A DNA stretch of 37,404 nucleotides from an uncultured Muribaculaceae bacterium (GCA_947177215.1 CAMWTV010000001.1:1-37404); one strand, 5' to 3'. Counted from the first letter of the stretch, positions 8,676 to 18,678 are shown. Program-made: numbers and translations. The notes: generated from the letters alone by a model not told the origin.

Positions 8676-11459
8676 ATGGATGACAAAAAACTTTTTCTAC
8701 TCGATGCCTACGCCCTGATCTACAGGGCATATTACGCTCTGATACGCTCGCCACGCATCACCTCCGACGGTTTCAACACATCGGCGGTGTTCGGCTTCTG
8801 CAACACCCTTCAGGATGTGCTCAGAAAAGAGAACCCCACCCATATAGCCGTATGTTTCGACCCCCACGGGCCCACATTCCGCCATGAGATGTATAGCGGT
8901 TACAAAGCCAACCGCGAGGCGCAGCCCGAAGATATAACACTCTCTGTGCCTGTCATAAAAGAGATCGTCGAGGCCTACAACATCCCCGTGTTCGAGATTC
9001 CGGGCTACGAGGCCGACGACGTGATCGGAACCCTGGCCCGCAAGGCCGCCGCGCAAGGCTACACCACCTACATGATGACCCCCGACAAAGACTACGGCCA
9101 GCTCGTCACCGACCGCATCTTCATGTACCGTCCCTCGCTGCGCGGCGAAGGCTTTGAAGTGCGCGGAGTCAGCGAGGTGTGCGCCAAATACGAGATCAGC
9201 TCCCCGCATCAGGTCATCGACCTTCTCGCACTCGAAGGCGACTCTATCGACAACATCCCCGGATGCCCCGGCGTAGGGCCGAAAACAGCCGTGAAACTGA
9301 TAAAGGAATATGGTTCGGTCGAGAACCTGCTGGCCTCGGCCCACGAAATCGCCGGAGCCATCGGACGGAAAATCCGCGACAACGCCGACCAGATAGCATT
9401 CTCGAAACAGCTCGCCACAATCAAATGCGATGTCCCCGTCGAGGTCGACTTCGACAACCTCCGCCGCGAGCATGAGGATGTCGACCGCCTGCGTGCCATC
9501 TTCACGCGCCTCGAGTTCAAGACATTCCTGAGCCGGCTCGACCGCACCGCAGCCGCACCCTCCCAGGCATCGCGCTCAAAGGCAAAACCCGACACCTCGT
9601 CAGAGCCATTTACAGGCTCTCTGTTCGACTTTATCGAAGGGGAAGACACATCGTCCGCCTCCGACACCACACAAGCCTACAGCGAAGCTGACACAGCCTA
9701 TACCGAAGCCCTCACACCCGAGGCCGCCGCGCGGTTCGTCAGCCGCGCCACCGGCTCACCGAACGCCGCTGTCTCTCTCTACGCCGTAGGCGCCGACGCC
9801 ATGACAGCCGACCTGCGGGGCATAGCCGTAAGCCACGCCACCGCCGCCGCATGCTACATCCCCCTCCCAGCCGACACCACCCTGCGGAAACAGACTCTCG
9901 AAGCCATCGCTCCACTCTTCGCCTCACCCGCGCTGACCATTGTGAGCCACGACATAAAGCGCGACATGGTTATCCTGCGCCGCGAAGGGATCGACATAAC
10001 ATCAAATTGTTTCGACACATCGCTGGCACACTACGTGCTCCAGCCCGAGATGCGCCACCGGCTGGCCGACATAGCCATGAGTCTGCTCAGATACCGCATG
10101 TGCGACTACACCGAGCCACGCAAGCCTCACACCCCCCTCCCCGAGGCCGAGACAGTGAAAATAGCCTGCGAACAGGCCGACATAACCCTGCGCCTCATGG
10201 CCCCGCTGCGCGACCTCCTGGTGCAGAACTCACAGCTCGAGCTGTTCGACACCATCGAGATCCCCATGGCCCGCGTGCTGGCCGACATGGAATGGACAGG
10301 GGTGCGCATCGACGTCGGCGAACTTAACCGCCAGTCTGTCAGCCTCACACGCCAGCTCAAAGATCTTGAAGAGCAGGCCTACACCCTCGCCGGCGAGAAA
10401 TTCAACCTCAGCTCACCCATGCAGGTCGGCGAGATCCTCTTCGGCAAACTGCAGCTCGACCCCAAGGCCCGGCGCACAAAGAAAGGGGGATTCTCCACCG
10501 CCGAGGAAGTGCTTGAGAAATACCGGTCGGCCCATCCGCTCGTAAACGTCATCCTCGAGGCGAGAGCACTGAAAAAGCTTCTCAGCACCTATATCAACGC
10601 CCTCCCCGACATGGTGAATCCCGAAACCGGAAAAATCCACACCGTCTACAACCAGACCATGACAGCCACCGGGCGCCTCTCCTCAGCCTCGCCTAACCTC
10701 CAGAACATACCCATACGCACCGACGACGGACGCGAGATCAGGCGCGCCTTCATCGCCGACGAAGGATGCCTCATCCTCTCGGCCGACTACTCCCAGATCG
10801 AACTGCGCCTGCTGGCCGCACTCAGCAACGACCCCGATCTGACCGAAGCTTTCCGCCAGGGGCTCGACATCCACAAGGCATCGGCCGCGAAAATCTATCA
10901 CGTGCCGTTCGACGAAGTGACCGACGAGCAGCGACGCAACGCCAAGACCGCCAACTTCGGCACCGTCTACGGCATCTCGGCATTCGGTCTGGCCGAACGG
11001 CTCGGCATCCCCCGCGCCGAGGCACGCGAACTTATCGAAGGTTATTTCCGAACATATCCCCACATCCGCGAGTTTATAGAACAGTCGGTTGAACGGGCGC
11101 GCCGCGAAGGCTACGTCTCCACCATCATGGGGCGCAAGCGCTTCCTCCCCGACATCAACTCGCGCAACGCCACCGTGCGCAGTTTCGCCGAGCGCAACGC
11201 CGTCAACGCGCCGCTGCAGGGTTCGGCCGCCGACATCATAAAGCTGGCCATGATCCGCATCCACAACGAGATCATTGCCCGCGGCATGCGTTCGCGCATG
11301 ATCATCCAGGTTCACGACGAGCTTGTGTTCAACGTGCCCCAGGAGGAGCTTGCCGAGCTAACACCCCTCGTTGTGAAAACAATGGCCGGAGCCTTCAGCG
11401 GCACAGTGCCCCTCGAAGTAGCCGCCGGTTCGGGTCACAACTGGCTCGAAGCCCACTGA
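8676..11459 (+). CDS. polA: DNA polymerase I
   Basis: 5'-3' exonuclease LLDAYALIYRAYY and EADDVIGT; polymerase motifs DYSQIELR, KTANFGTVYG and QVHDEL. Confidence 0.98.
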   Translation: MDDKKLFLLDAYALIYRAYYALIRSPRITSDGFNTSAVFGFCNTLQDVLRKENPTHIAVCFDPHGPTFRHEMYSGYKANREAQPEDITLSVPVIKEIVEAYNIPVFEIPGYEADDVIGTLARKAAAQGYTTYMMTPDKDYGQLVTDRIFMYRPSLRGEGFEVRGVSEVCAKYEISSPHQVIDLLALEGDSIDNIPGCPGVGPKTAVKLIKEYGSVENLLASAHEIAGAIGRKIRDNADQIAFSKQLATIKCDVPVEVDFDNLRREHEDVDRLRAIFTRLEFKTFLSRLDRTAAAPSQASRSKAKPDTSSEPFTGSLFDFIEGEDTSSASDTTQAYSEADTAYTEALTPEAAARFVSRATGSPNAAVSLYAVGADAMTADLRGIAVSHATAAACYIPLPADTTLRKQTLEAIAPLFASPALTIVSHDIKRDMVILRREGIDITSNCFDTSLAHYVLQPEMRHRLADIAMSLLRYRMCDYTEPRKPHTPLPEAETVKIACEQADITLRLMAPLRDLLVQNSQLELFDTIEIPMARVLADMEWTGVRIDVGELNRQSVSLTRQLKDLEEQAYTLAGEKFNLSSPMQVGEILFGKLQLDPKARRTKKGGFSTAEEVLEKYRSAHPLVNVILEARALKKLLSTYINALPDMVNPETGKIHTVYNQTMTATGRLSSASPNLQNIPIRTDDGREIRRAFIADEGCLILSADYSQIELRLLAALSNDPDLTEAFRQGLDIHKASAAKIYHVPFDEVTDEQRRNAKTANFGTVYGISAFGLAERLGIPRAEARELIEGYFRTYPHIREFIEQSVERARREGYVSTIMGRKRFLPDINSRNATVRSFAERNAVNAPLQGSAADIIKLAMIRIHNEIIARGMRSRMIIQVHDELVFNVPQEELAELTPLVVKTMAGAFSGTVPLEVAAGSGHNWLEAH

Positions 11460-11492
11460 CCCTTTAAAACATCTCTGACACCACACTTGATT

Positions 11493-12611
11493 ATGGAAGA
11501 TAACAAAGCCGCCACAGGCATCGATCATCCCGAAAACGACCCACGCTTCACAGGCCTCAACGTCAACGCAGGCGTCAGCCAGCCACCCGTAGTCAACCCA
11601 TATCTCAGACCACGGCGCAGGCAGCAGCTCCCCTCGGCGGCCGACCTTGTGGAGGGGATACTCAAAGGCGACGTGACGCGCCTGGCAAAAGCCGTGACAC
11701 TGGTCGAGAGCATGGCTCCCGCCCATCAGGCCATAGCCCGCGAAGTCATCGAGAAATGCCTCCCCCATTCAGGAAAAAGCCGCCGCATAGGCATAACAGG
11801 CGTGCCCGGAGCCGGAAAATCGACATCGATCGACGTCTTCGGCCTTCACGTGCTCCGCAACGGAGGGAAGCTCGCCGTTCTCGCCATCGACCCCTCGTCC
11901 GAGCGCTCGCGCGGAAGCATCCTTGGCGACAAGACCCGCATGGAGAAACTCTCTGTCCACCCCGACGCCTTCATCCGCCCCTCACCCTCGGCCGGATCGC
12001 TCGGAGGCGTGGCCCGCAAAACCCGCGAGACAATAATCCTCTGCGAGGCCGCCGGCTACGACAACATATTTGTCGAGACCGTCGGCGTGGGGCAGAGCGA
12101 GACCGCCGTACACTCCATGGTCGACTTCTTCCTGCTCATACAGCTCGCCGGAACAGGCGATGAGCTTCAGGGCATAAAGCGCGGAATAATGGAGATGGCC
12201 GACGGCATTGTGATAAACAAAGCCGACGGCGACAACATCGACCGCGCACGCCTCGCCCAGGCTCAGTTCCGGTCGGCCCTCCACCTCTTCCCCACCCCCC
12301 CGTCGGGATGGACTCCCGAAGTGCTCTGCTATTCAGGCTACTTCGAGATCGGGATAGCCGAAGTGTGGGACATGATCGACCGCTATTTCAGCTTCGTGAC
12401 ACAAAACGGCTACTTCACCCGCCGACGCCACGAGCAGGCACGATACTGGATGTATGAGACAATCGATTCCGAACTGCGCCGCCGGTTCTATGAAAACCCC
12501 CAACGCGCAGCCCTTATAACGCAATACGAGACCCAGGTGCTCGACAACCGCCTTAGCCCGTTTGCAGCCGCCTACCGCCTTCTCGGCGATGAAAACACCC
12601 CCGTAGTTTAA
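11493..12611 (+). CDS. meaB: Methylmalonyl-CoA mutase-associated GTPase MeaB/ArgK
   Basis: GVPGAGKST P-loop, AIDPSS, GDKTRM, ETVGVGQSE, GDELQGIKRG, NKAD. Confidence 0.95.
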   Translation: MEDNKAATGIDHPENDPRFTGLNVNAGVSQPPVVNPYLRPRRRQQLPSAADLVEGILKGDVTRLAKAVTLVESMAPAHQAIAREVIEKCLPHSGKSRRIGITGVPGAGKSTSIDVFGLHVLRNGGKLAVLAIDPSSERSRGSILGDKTRMEKLSVHPDAFIRPSPSAGSLGGVARKTRETIILCEAAGYDNIFVETVGVGQSETAVHSMVDFFLLIQLAGTGDELQGIKRGIMEMADGIVINKADGDNIDRARLAQAQFRSALHLFPTPPSGWTPEVLCYSGYFEIGIAEVWDMIDRYFSFVTQNGYFTRRRHEQARYWMYETIDSELRRRFYENPQRAALITQYETQVLDNRLSPFAAAYRLLGDENTPVV

Positions 12612-12632
12612 GACATTTTCAAACAGTTACCT

Positions 12633-14732
12633 ATGAAAAAGGCTGACAAAAAAACAGAAAAAACCGGAAACAAGGCCGTGAAAACCACAGCTCCGAAAAA
12701 AAACAGGCCCGCCAACAAAAGGCTTGCCATATACCGCGACGATCCCTGGCTCGAACCATACGCCACAGCCATCGACGGCCGCCATGACGACGCCATCCGC
12801 AAGGAAGCCGAGCTCACCTCACACTGCAACTCGCTCAAAGACTTCGCCAACGCCCATCAGTATTTCGGGCTGCACCGCCAGGGCGACTGGTGGGTATTCC
12901 GCGAATGGGCGCCAAACGCCACACAGATATTCCTTGTGGGCGACTTCTCCGACTGGGAGGAAAAAGCCGCCTACTCGATGAAAAAACTCGAAAACGGAGT
13001 CTGGGAGATACACATCCCAGCCGACCGCCTGCGCCACGGCCAGCACTACAAAATGAGCGTGCACTGGCCCGGAGGGCAGGGACTGCGCATCCCCGCCTAC
13101 GCCACACGCGTCGTGCAGGCCGAAAACGCCGCCATATTCTCCGCACAGGTATGGGACACAGCCCCCTACCGCTGGCAGGTGGAGCACTTCGTGCCCGACA
13201 CACGCCCCCTGCTAATCTACGAATGCCACATCGGCATGGCCCAGCAGACCGAAGGCGTTGGCTCATACATCGAATTCCGCGACAACATCCTGCCACGCAT
13301 CGCTGCCGACGGCTACAACGCCATCCAGATAATGGCAATACAGGAACACCCCTACTACGGATCGTTCGGCTACCACGTGTCGAGCTTCTTCGCAGCTTCT
13401 TCGCGTTTCGGAACACCCGACGACCTCAAGAGCCTCATCGACCGCGCCCATCAGCTCGGAATAGCCGTGATAATGGACATCGTTCACTCCCACGCCGTCA
13501 AAAACGAAAACGAAGGGCTCGGACGCCTCGACGGCTCACACAACCTATACTTCTACGGCGACAGCCGCCGTGAGCACCCCGCATGGGACTCGCTCTGCTT
13601 CGACTACGGAAAAAACGAAGTGCTCCACTTCCTGCTCTCAAACTGCAAATACTGGCTTGAGGAATACCACTTCGACGGCTTCCGTTTCGACGGCGTGACA
13701 TCGATGCTCTACTACGATCACGGACTCGGAAAAGCCTTCGGAGGCTACGGCGACTACTACGACGGCAACCAGGACACAAACGCCATAACCTATCTCACAC
13801 TCGCCAACAAGCTCATACACGAGATAAATCCCGACGCCCTGACCATAGCCGAAGAGATGAGCGGAATGCCGGGAATAGCGCTCAAATTCCGCGACGGAGG
13901 CTTCGGCTTCGACTACCGCATGGCAATGGGCATCCCCGACTACTGGATCAAGACCCTCAAAGAGAAAAAAGACGAAGACTGGCACCCCACATCGATCTTC
14001 TGGGAACTCACCAACCGCCGCGCCGACGAAAAGACAATCTCCTACGTCGAAAGCCACGACCAGGCCCTGGTCGGCGACAAGACCGTGATCTTCCGCCTCA
14101 TCGACAAAGAGATGTACTGGCACATGATGGTGGGCGACAACAACATGGCCGTGACACGCGGCATAGCCCTCCACAAAATGATACGCCTCGTAACACTCGC
14201 CACAATCAACGGAGGCTACCTCAACTTCATGGGCAACGAATGGGGACACCCCGAATGGATCGACTTCCCCCGCGAAGGCAACGGATGGAGCTACAAATAC
14301 GCCCGCCGGCAGTGGGATCTCGTCGACCGCGACGACCTCCAGTACAAATTCCTAAACAACTTCGACAACGCCATGGTCGAGCTCGTCAGCGGAGTCAACA
14401 ACTTCCAGGCCCTCGGCATAGAGAAACTCTGGGAGAAAGACTCCGATCAGGTGCTCGCCTTCCGCCGCGGAATGCTCGTGTTCGTATTCAACTTCTCACC
14501 CGACAAAGCATTCAGCGACTACGGAATCCTCGCACCCGTCGGAAAATACCGCCTCGTGCTCTCATCCGACAGCCCCGAGTTCGGCGGATTCGGCAACATC
14601 GATGAAAACGTCGAGCACCTCACGCAATACGATCCGCTCTACGAGCCCATCGGCAAAGAGTGGCTCAAACTCTACCTCCCACCGCGCACGGCCCAGGTGC
14701 TCAGGCTCACACGCTCACGACGCAAGAAATGA
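12633..14732 (+). CDS. glgB: 1,4-alpha-glucan branching enzyme (GH13, CBM48)
   Basis: FREWAPNA, SFGYHV, FRFDGVTS (nucleophile), IAEEMSG (acid/base), ESHDQ, FMGNEWGHPEW. Confidence 0.95.
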   Translation: MKKADKKTEKTGNKAVKTTAPKKNRPANKRLAIYRDDPWLEPYATAIDGRHDDAIRKEAELTSHCNSLKDFANAHQYFGLHRQGDWWVFREWAPNATQIFLVGDFSDWEEKAAYSMKKLENGVWEIHIPADRLRHGQHYKMSVHWPGGQGLRIPAYATRVVQAENAAIFSAQVWDTAPYRWQVEHFVPDTRPLLIYECHIGMAQQTEGVGSYIEFRDNILPRIAADGYNAIQIMAIQEHPYYGSFGYHVSSFFAASSRFGTPDDLKSLIDRAHQLGIAVIMDIVHSHAVKNENEGLGRLDGSHNLYFYGDSRREHPAWDSLCFDYGKNEVLHFLLSNCKYWLEEYHFDGFRFDGVTSMLYYDHGLGKAFGGYGDYYDGNQDTNAITYLTLANKLIHEINPDALTIAEEMSGMPGIALKFRDGGFGFDYRMAMGIPDYWIKTLKEKKDEDWHPTSIFWELTNRRADEKTISYVESHDQALVGDKTVIFRLIDKEMYWHMMVGDNNMAVTRGIALHKMIRLVTLATINGGYLNFMGNEWGHPEWIDFPREGNGWSYKYARRQWDLVDRDDLQYKFLNNFDNAMVELVSGVNNFQALGIEKLWEKDSDQVLAFRRGMLVFVFNFSPDKAFSDYGILAPVGKYRLVLSSDSPEFGGFGNIDENVEHLTQYDPLYEPIGKEWLKLYLPPRTAQVLRLTRSRRKK

Positions 14733-15529
14733 CACATCCCGCCCACACCGCCCACGCAGGCGCCATACCCTCCGACATCGCCGAACTGCTCGACCAGGCC
14801 GCCCGCCGCATAAACTCGCCCGAGTTTATCGGCAGCGACCCCGTGCAGTTCCCGCGCCGGTTCACATCCCTTCAGGACATCGAGATAACCGCGCTCCTCT
14901 CAGCCACGATAGCCTGGGGAAACCGCACCATGATATGCCGCAACTGCGAGAAAATGCTGCGCCTCATGGACTGGCAGCCACACGCCTACCTGCTCGACGA
15001 AGGCTACGAGGATCTGCCCGACGGCAACATCCCCCGCACATTCTTCGCCGCCGACATGCGCCACTACCTCAGAGGGCTCAACCGCATCTACAGGCGTCAC
15101 GGATCGCTCATGGAATTCGCCCGCAGCCGGCAGGTGCATCTCCACGAGACACCCGCATGGAAACTCGTAGAAGCCATGAACCACGAGCTGCGCGAAGCCA
15201 ACGGCGGAGTGGCCGACTCACGCTGCCTACCGCAGAACCTCGACAACACAGCCCTAAAACGCATAAACATGGCCCTGCGCTGGCTCGTGCGCGACGACGG
15301 CATCGTCGATCTCGGTGTGTGGCGCCCCCTGCTCTCCCCCTCTCAGCTCTTCATACCCCTCGACGTACATGTCGGCAACACAGCCCGCTCGCTCGGACTG
15401 CTCACCCGACGCGCCAACGACCGCCGCGCGGTTCTCGAGCTCACATCCGTTCTCAGAACCCTGCGCCCCGACGATCCCGTTCTCTACGATTACGCCCTCT
15501 TCGGGCTCGGTGTCAACAAAGAGATCTGA
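14729..15529 (+). CDS. TIGR02757/DUF2400 family protein (HhH-GPD-like)
   Basis: DPVQFPRRF, AWGNR, KRINMALRWLVR, DLGVW, IPLDVHV, DPVLYDYALFG; ATGA overlap with the glgB stop. Confidence 0.85.
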   Translation: MTHPAHTAHAGAIPSDIAELLDQAARRINSPEFIGSDPVQFPRRFTSLQDIEITALLSATIAWGNRTMICRNCEKMLRLMDWQPHAYLLDEGYEDLPDGNIPRTFFAADMRHYLRGLNRIYRRHGSLMEFARSRQVHLHETPAWKLVEAMNHELREANGGVADSRCLPQNLDNTALKRINMALRWLVRDDGIVDLGVWRPLLSPSQLFIPLDVHVGNTARSLGLLTRRANDRRAVLELTSVLRTLRPDDPVLYDYALFGLGVNKEI

Positions 15530-15569
15530 CACCCCGGCCCCCACTCAGCAACCCAAAAACAACCAGTCT

Positions 15570-15854
15570 ATGACCCTATTCAACATCTTCGGCTATCTCG
15601 CCGCCATATGTATGGTCTGCGGCTACATGCCACAGGCAATCTACACCATCCGCACACGCGACACCGACTCCATAGCCCTCCCCACATTCCTCCTCATGGG
15701 GCTGGGAGCCATCTTCTTCATCGTGCAGGGGCTCCTGAGCGACCCCGTGAACTGGCCGCTGGTCATAACCAACATCCTCACCGGAGGGTCGTCGGCCATA
15801 GTCTTCGCCATCAAGATTCACAACGACTGTTTCGGAGGGCGCCGCAAACGCTGA
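15570..15854 (+). CDS. SemiSWEET / PQ-loop small transporter (94 aa)
   Basis: Three hydrophobic helices, MPQA (PQ motif), TRDTDSI, WPLVITN. Confidence 0.85.
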   Translation: MTLFNIFGYLAAICMVCGYMPQAIYTIRTRDTDSIALPTFLLMGLGAIFFIVQGLLSDPVNWPLVITNILTGGSSAIVFAIKIHNDCFGGRRKR

Positions 15855-15873
15855 CCCCTCCCCGCCATCAATT

Positions 15874-15918
15874 CAAGGCCCCGTGTCAAATCCCATTTTT
15901 TTTTGACACGGGGCCTTG
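15874..15918. terminator. Bidirectional terminator / REP-like hairpin
   Basis: Perfect 17-bp arms CAAGGCCCCGTGTCAAA / TTTGACACGGGGCCTTG between convergent genes. Confidence 0.8.
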
Positions 15919-15956
15919 CCTCATTTCCTTATTGACAAATATGCAGTCAGGTCACA

Positions 15957-17519
15957 TCACCTCACAACCATCTTCTTTCCACCCGTAACATACACCCCCT
16001 GAGGGAGCCTCCCCTCCAGATCGGCCATATGCCCCAAAGCCACACCGCCGAGGGTGTAGACCATCCCGTCGGCAGCCACAGCCTCTCGATCGGCAGCCAC
16101 ATTCTCCACACCGTCCGAAGCCTGGTTCTTCATCAGCCGTTTAGCCAGCACGGCATACTCCGACGCAAACGAGAACTGGTGAAAAGCCTTCGTCTGATTG
16201 TCATTGCCCCACCCGTCAACAAGCTTTATAGGCAGCATATTCCCCCGGTTATGGTTCTCGAAAGCATAGTCGAGCACAGTCTGGGTCGATTTCAGCCCCG
16301 TAGTGGCCGAACTGTTCTCGCAAAACTCCTCCGCGTCGGCCAGAGCCCTCAGAAGCACATCGTTGAACCACGTGTTGAAGCCGCTCATGGCCGTTTCGTC
16401 CGTATTGAACACATATGCCGTAAGCTTCCTTATATAACGCGTAAAACGGTTCATCGCCCCCTTCACCGAAACACTCATCTCCGTGCGGTAGCGCTCCTCG
16501 CCCGTCACACGGTAAAGCTCCGCGCCGCCGGCAATCATAGTGCCGGTGTTATAGCTGAAAAACGTGCCCGTCGGGCCGCCGCAGTCAACATGTTGACGAT
16601 ATCCGCGCGACACCTGTATAGTGTTGTCGGCACCCATCATGTCCCAGTAAACACCCGTATTGCGGTCAAACAGATGCTTCAGCTGCCAGTCATACACCTT
16701 GCGGGCAAACTCCAGATAAAGCTCCGACCGCTCGCGCGACTCATGCTTCACGGCGTTCTCACCGTCTCGGTAATAGAACTCCATCTCCTCACCGCTCCCC
16801 TCATAGATCTCCGAAAGCCACACAAGCGGCTGGATGATCGGAGCGTTGCTGCACGCGTGCTTCGAGTTGTAGCCCGGCCCCCAGGTTATACCACCATATT
16901 CCTCGCCGTTCTCGTCGCGCCAGCAGTCCCATCCGTCAATCACATAGTCGGCCAGATAAGCCGCCAGATCGCGGTAATCCTCATTGCCCGTAACCCGGTA
17001 GGCGCGGATAAGCTCGCGCGAGAGCCACATCTGGTCGTCATAGACATTCAGAATCCCGGTCACATTCGCGCCGCCGCGTGTGTTTGAACGGGGCACGGCA
17101 TAAGGTTTCCACTCCTTGTTGGCCGTGGCATACGAAGGCCGGCGGTAGCTCCCCCTGTAATACTCCAGATTGTCTATCAGCAGCTCCAGACGCTCCCGAT
17201 AGAGATCCCACGTATTGCCGTAGAGCGTGGCATCCACATCCTTAACAGCCTCCAGAGCCTCAAGAATCGAGCAATGAGCCTCCACAGCCGCCGTCAGCGG
17301 CCATATGTCGGAAGGGCCCGACGCCACCCCCGTCTCAAGATTATAGCTGTCGGCCATATAAAGGTTGCTGTCGCTACCCTTTATCGAAGTCTCCCACGAA
17401 GCGTCGGCTATATCCATGGCCCGGTTCAGGTTGCGCACAGCCAGCTCCACATCGGTCAGATCCGCGCCCCAGGCAGCGAACCCCGCGCAGGCCGCAATTG
17501 TCAGAAACAGTTTTTTCAT
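15957..17519 (-). CDS. GH76 alpha-1,6-mannanase-like enzyme with T9SS-like C-terminal tail
   Basis: Signal peptide; YDDQMW catalytic Asp-Asp; GGITW...SKHACSNAP; YNTGTMI; tail VYTLGG...LPQGVYVTGGKKMVVR. Confidence 0.88.
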   Translation of the reverse strand: MKKLFLTIAACAGFAAWGADLTDVELAVRNLNRAMDIADASWETSIKGSDSNLYMADSYNLETGVASGPSDIWPLTAAVEAHCSILEALEAVKDVDATLYGNTWDLYRERLELLIDNLEYYRGSYRRPSYATANKEWKPYAVPRSNTRGGANVTGILNVYDDQMWLSRELIRAYRVTGNEDYRDLAAYLADYVIDGWDCWRDENGEEYGGITWGPGYNSKHACSNAPIIQPLVWLSEIYEGSGEEMEFYYRDGENAVKHESRERSELYLEFARKVYDWQLKHLFDRNTGVYWDMMGADNTIQVSRGYRQHVDCGGPTGTFFSYNTGTMIAGGAELYRVTGEERYRTEMSVSVKGAMNRFTRYIRKLTAYVFNTDETAMSGFNTWFNDVLLRALADAEEFCENSSATTGLKSTQTVLDYAFENHNRGNMLPIKLVDGWGNDNQTKAFHQFSFASEYAVLAKRLMKNQASDGVENVAADREAVAADGMVYTLGGVALGHMADLEGRLPQGVYVTGGKKMVVR

Positions 17520-17547
17520 AAATCCTCCTTATTTTCAACTTAAACCA

Positions 17548-17583
17548 AGAGGGCATGCCAGTCACACCGACGACACACCCTCT
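17548..17583 (-). terminator. Hairpin between DUF4973 gene and GH76
   Basis: Minus-strand AGAGGGTGTGTC / GGCATGCCCTCT pairs fully using three G-U pairs, followed by TGGTTT. Confidence 0.65.
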
Positions 17584-17622
17584 CGAATTTAACTCATATT
17601 TTCTGTCAGGTCATCAACCCGA

Positions 17623-18678
17623 TCATTCAAAAACAATCTGGTCTTCCTCCGGCATCTGGGTGTTGAGCTTACGCTCCATGGCCATGCTGCCCTTCACGTT
17701 ATACACAATCTTCGACCCTACTGCCGAGCGATAGTCGGTAAACACATAGTCGATATCGTTGATAATCAGAGTGCGGCGAACAATATAGGTCTGCACCTCG
17801 TCCGGAGCCTCAACCGTGGTGTAGGTCGACCGTGTGTTCTGAGCGAAATCCATTTCCGGATTATCCGACCACATGTCTACGAAGCCACGTTTGCCTTCGG
17901 TTCCCTCTTCAGGCACAAACTTCGCGAAAACCTTGAAATCCTTGCGCAGCTGGCTGCTCTCGTCAAACTGTCCGGCATAGAAAAACACCGTATTCTCGTC
18001 AACCACATAGGTCTGCACAGTTTTCATACCGCCCGGCTCATTGTCAGTAACACCGCCCGAAACGATATAGAACTTCAGGTTGGTGGCCTGGAACACACCG
18101 GCATAGTCAGTGTAAGGCAGCACACGCAGCATCGCCGTGGCATAATGCTTGCGCGGATTTCTCTCATAGCCCGCACCCGGAGCCACTGTCAGCGGCAGCA
18201 GGTAACGGTCGCTCAGGTCGATCCCCTGGAAGTGGAAACGGATGTTCAGAAGCGCAACATCCTGACCCGCGGCGATATTGATCGTGCTCGGCACATCGGC
18301 GAAATCCCACATATTCACATACCACAGCTCCTGACGGTTGCTGAAACGCTCATAGTTGAGCGTTGCCAGCGTGTCTGACTGGGCGATATTCACCGTCAGA
18401 TTGTCAGGGTTGGTGGTCGAGCCGCTCACCACAACCGGCAGATTGTAGTGCGACTCACCCTGCTGCCCGTACATCGGCTTCAGATCCTTGTCAAGGCGGG
18501 TGTAAGGCACATAGACCGTAGTCACGCCAACACTGTTCCCGTCCGTGTCAAGCGGAGCCTTGAATCCAATATAATGCTTGTACTGCTCCTCTTCCCAGTC
18601 ATTGTTACAAGAGGTAGTCAGTGTCAGTGCGCCCACAGCGAGCATGCACACACCGAATATCTTATTTCTTTTCAACAT
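17623..18678 (-). CDS. DUF4973/DUF1735-type PUL lipoprotein (SusE-positioned)
   Basis: Lipobox TTSC then NNDWEEEQY; YNLPVVVSGST; YLLPLTV; C-terminal MERKLNTQMPEEDQ; directly downstream of susD. Confidence 0.82.
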   Translation of the reverse strand: MLKRNKIFGVCMLAVGALTLTTSCNNDWEEEQYKHYIGFKAPLDTDGNSVGVTTVYVPYTRLDKDLKPMYGQQGESHYNLPVVVSGSTTNPDNLTVNIAQSDTLATLNYERFSNRQELWYVNMWDFADVPSTINIAAGQDVALLNIRFHFQGIDLSDRYLLPLTVAPGAGYERNPRKHYATAMLRVLPYTDYAGVFQATNLKFYIVSGGVTDNEPGGMKTVQTYVVDENTVFFYAGQFDESSQLRKDFKVFAKFVPEEGTEGKRGFVDMWSDNPEMDFAQNTRSTYTTVEAPDEVQTYIVRRTLIINDIDYVFTDYRSAVGSKIVYNVKGSMAMERKLNTQMPEEDQIVFE

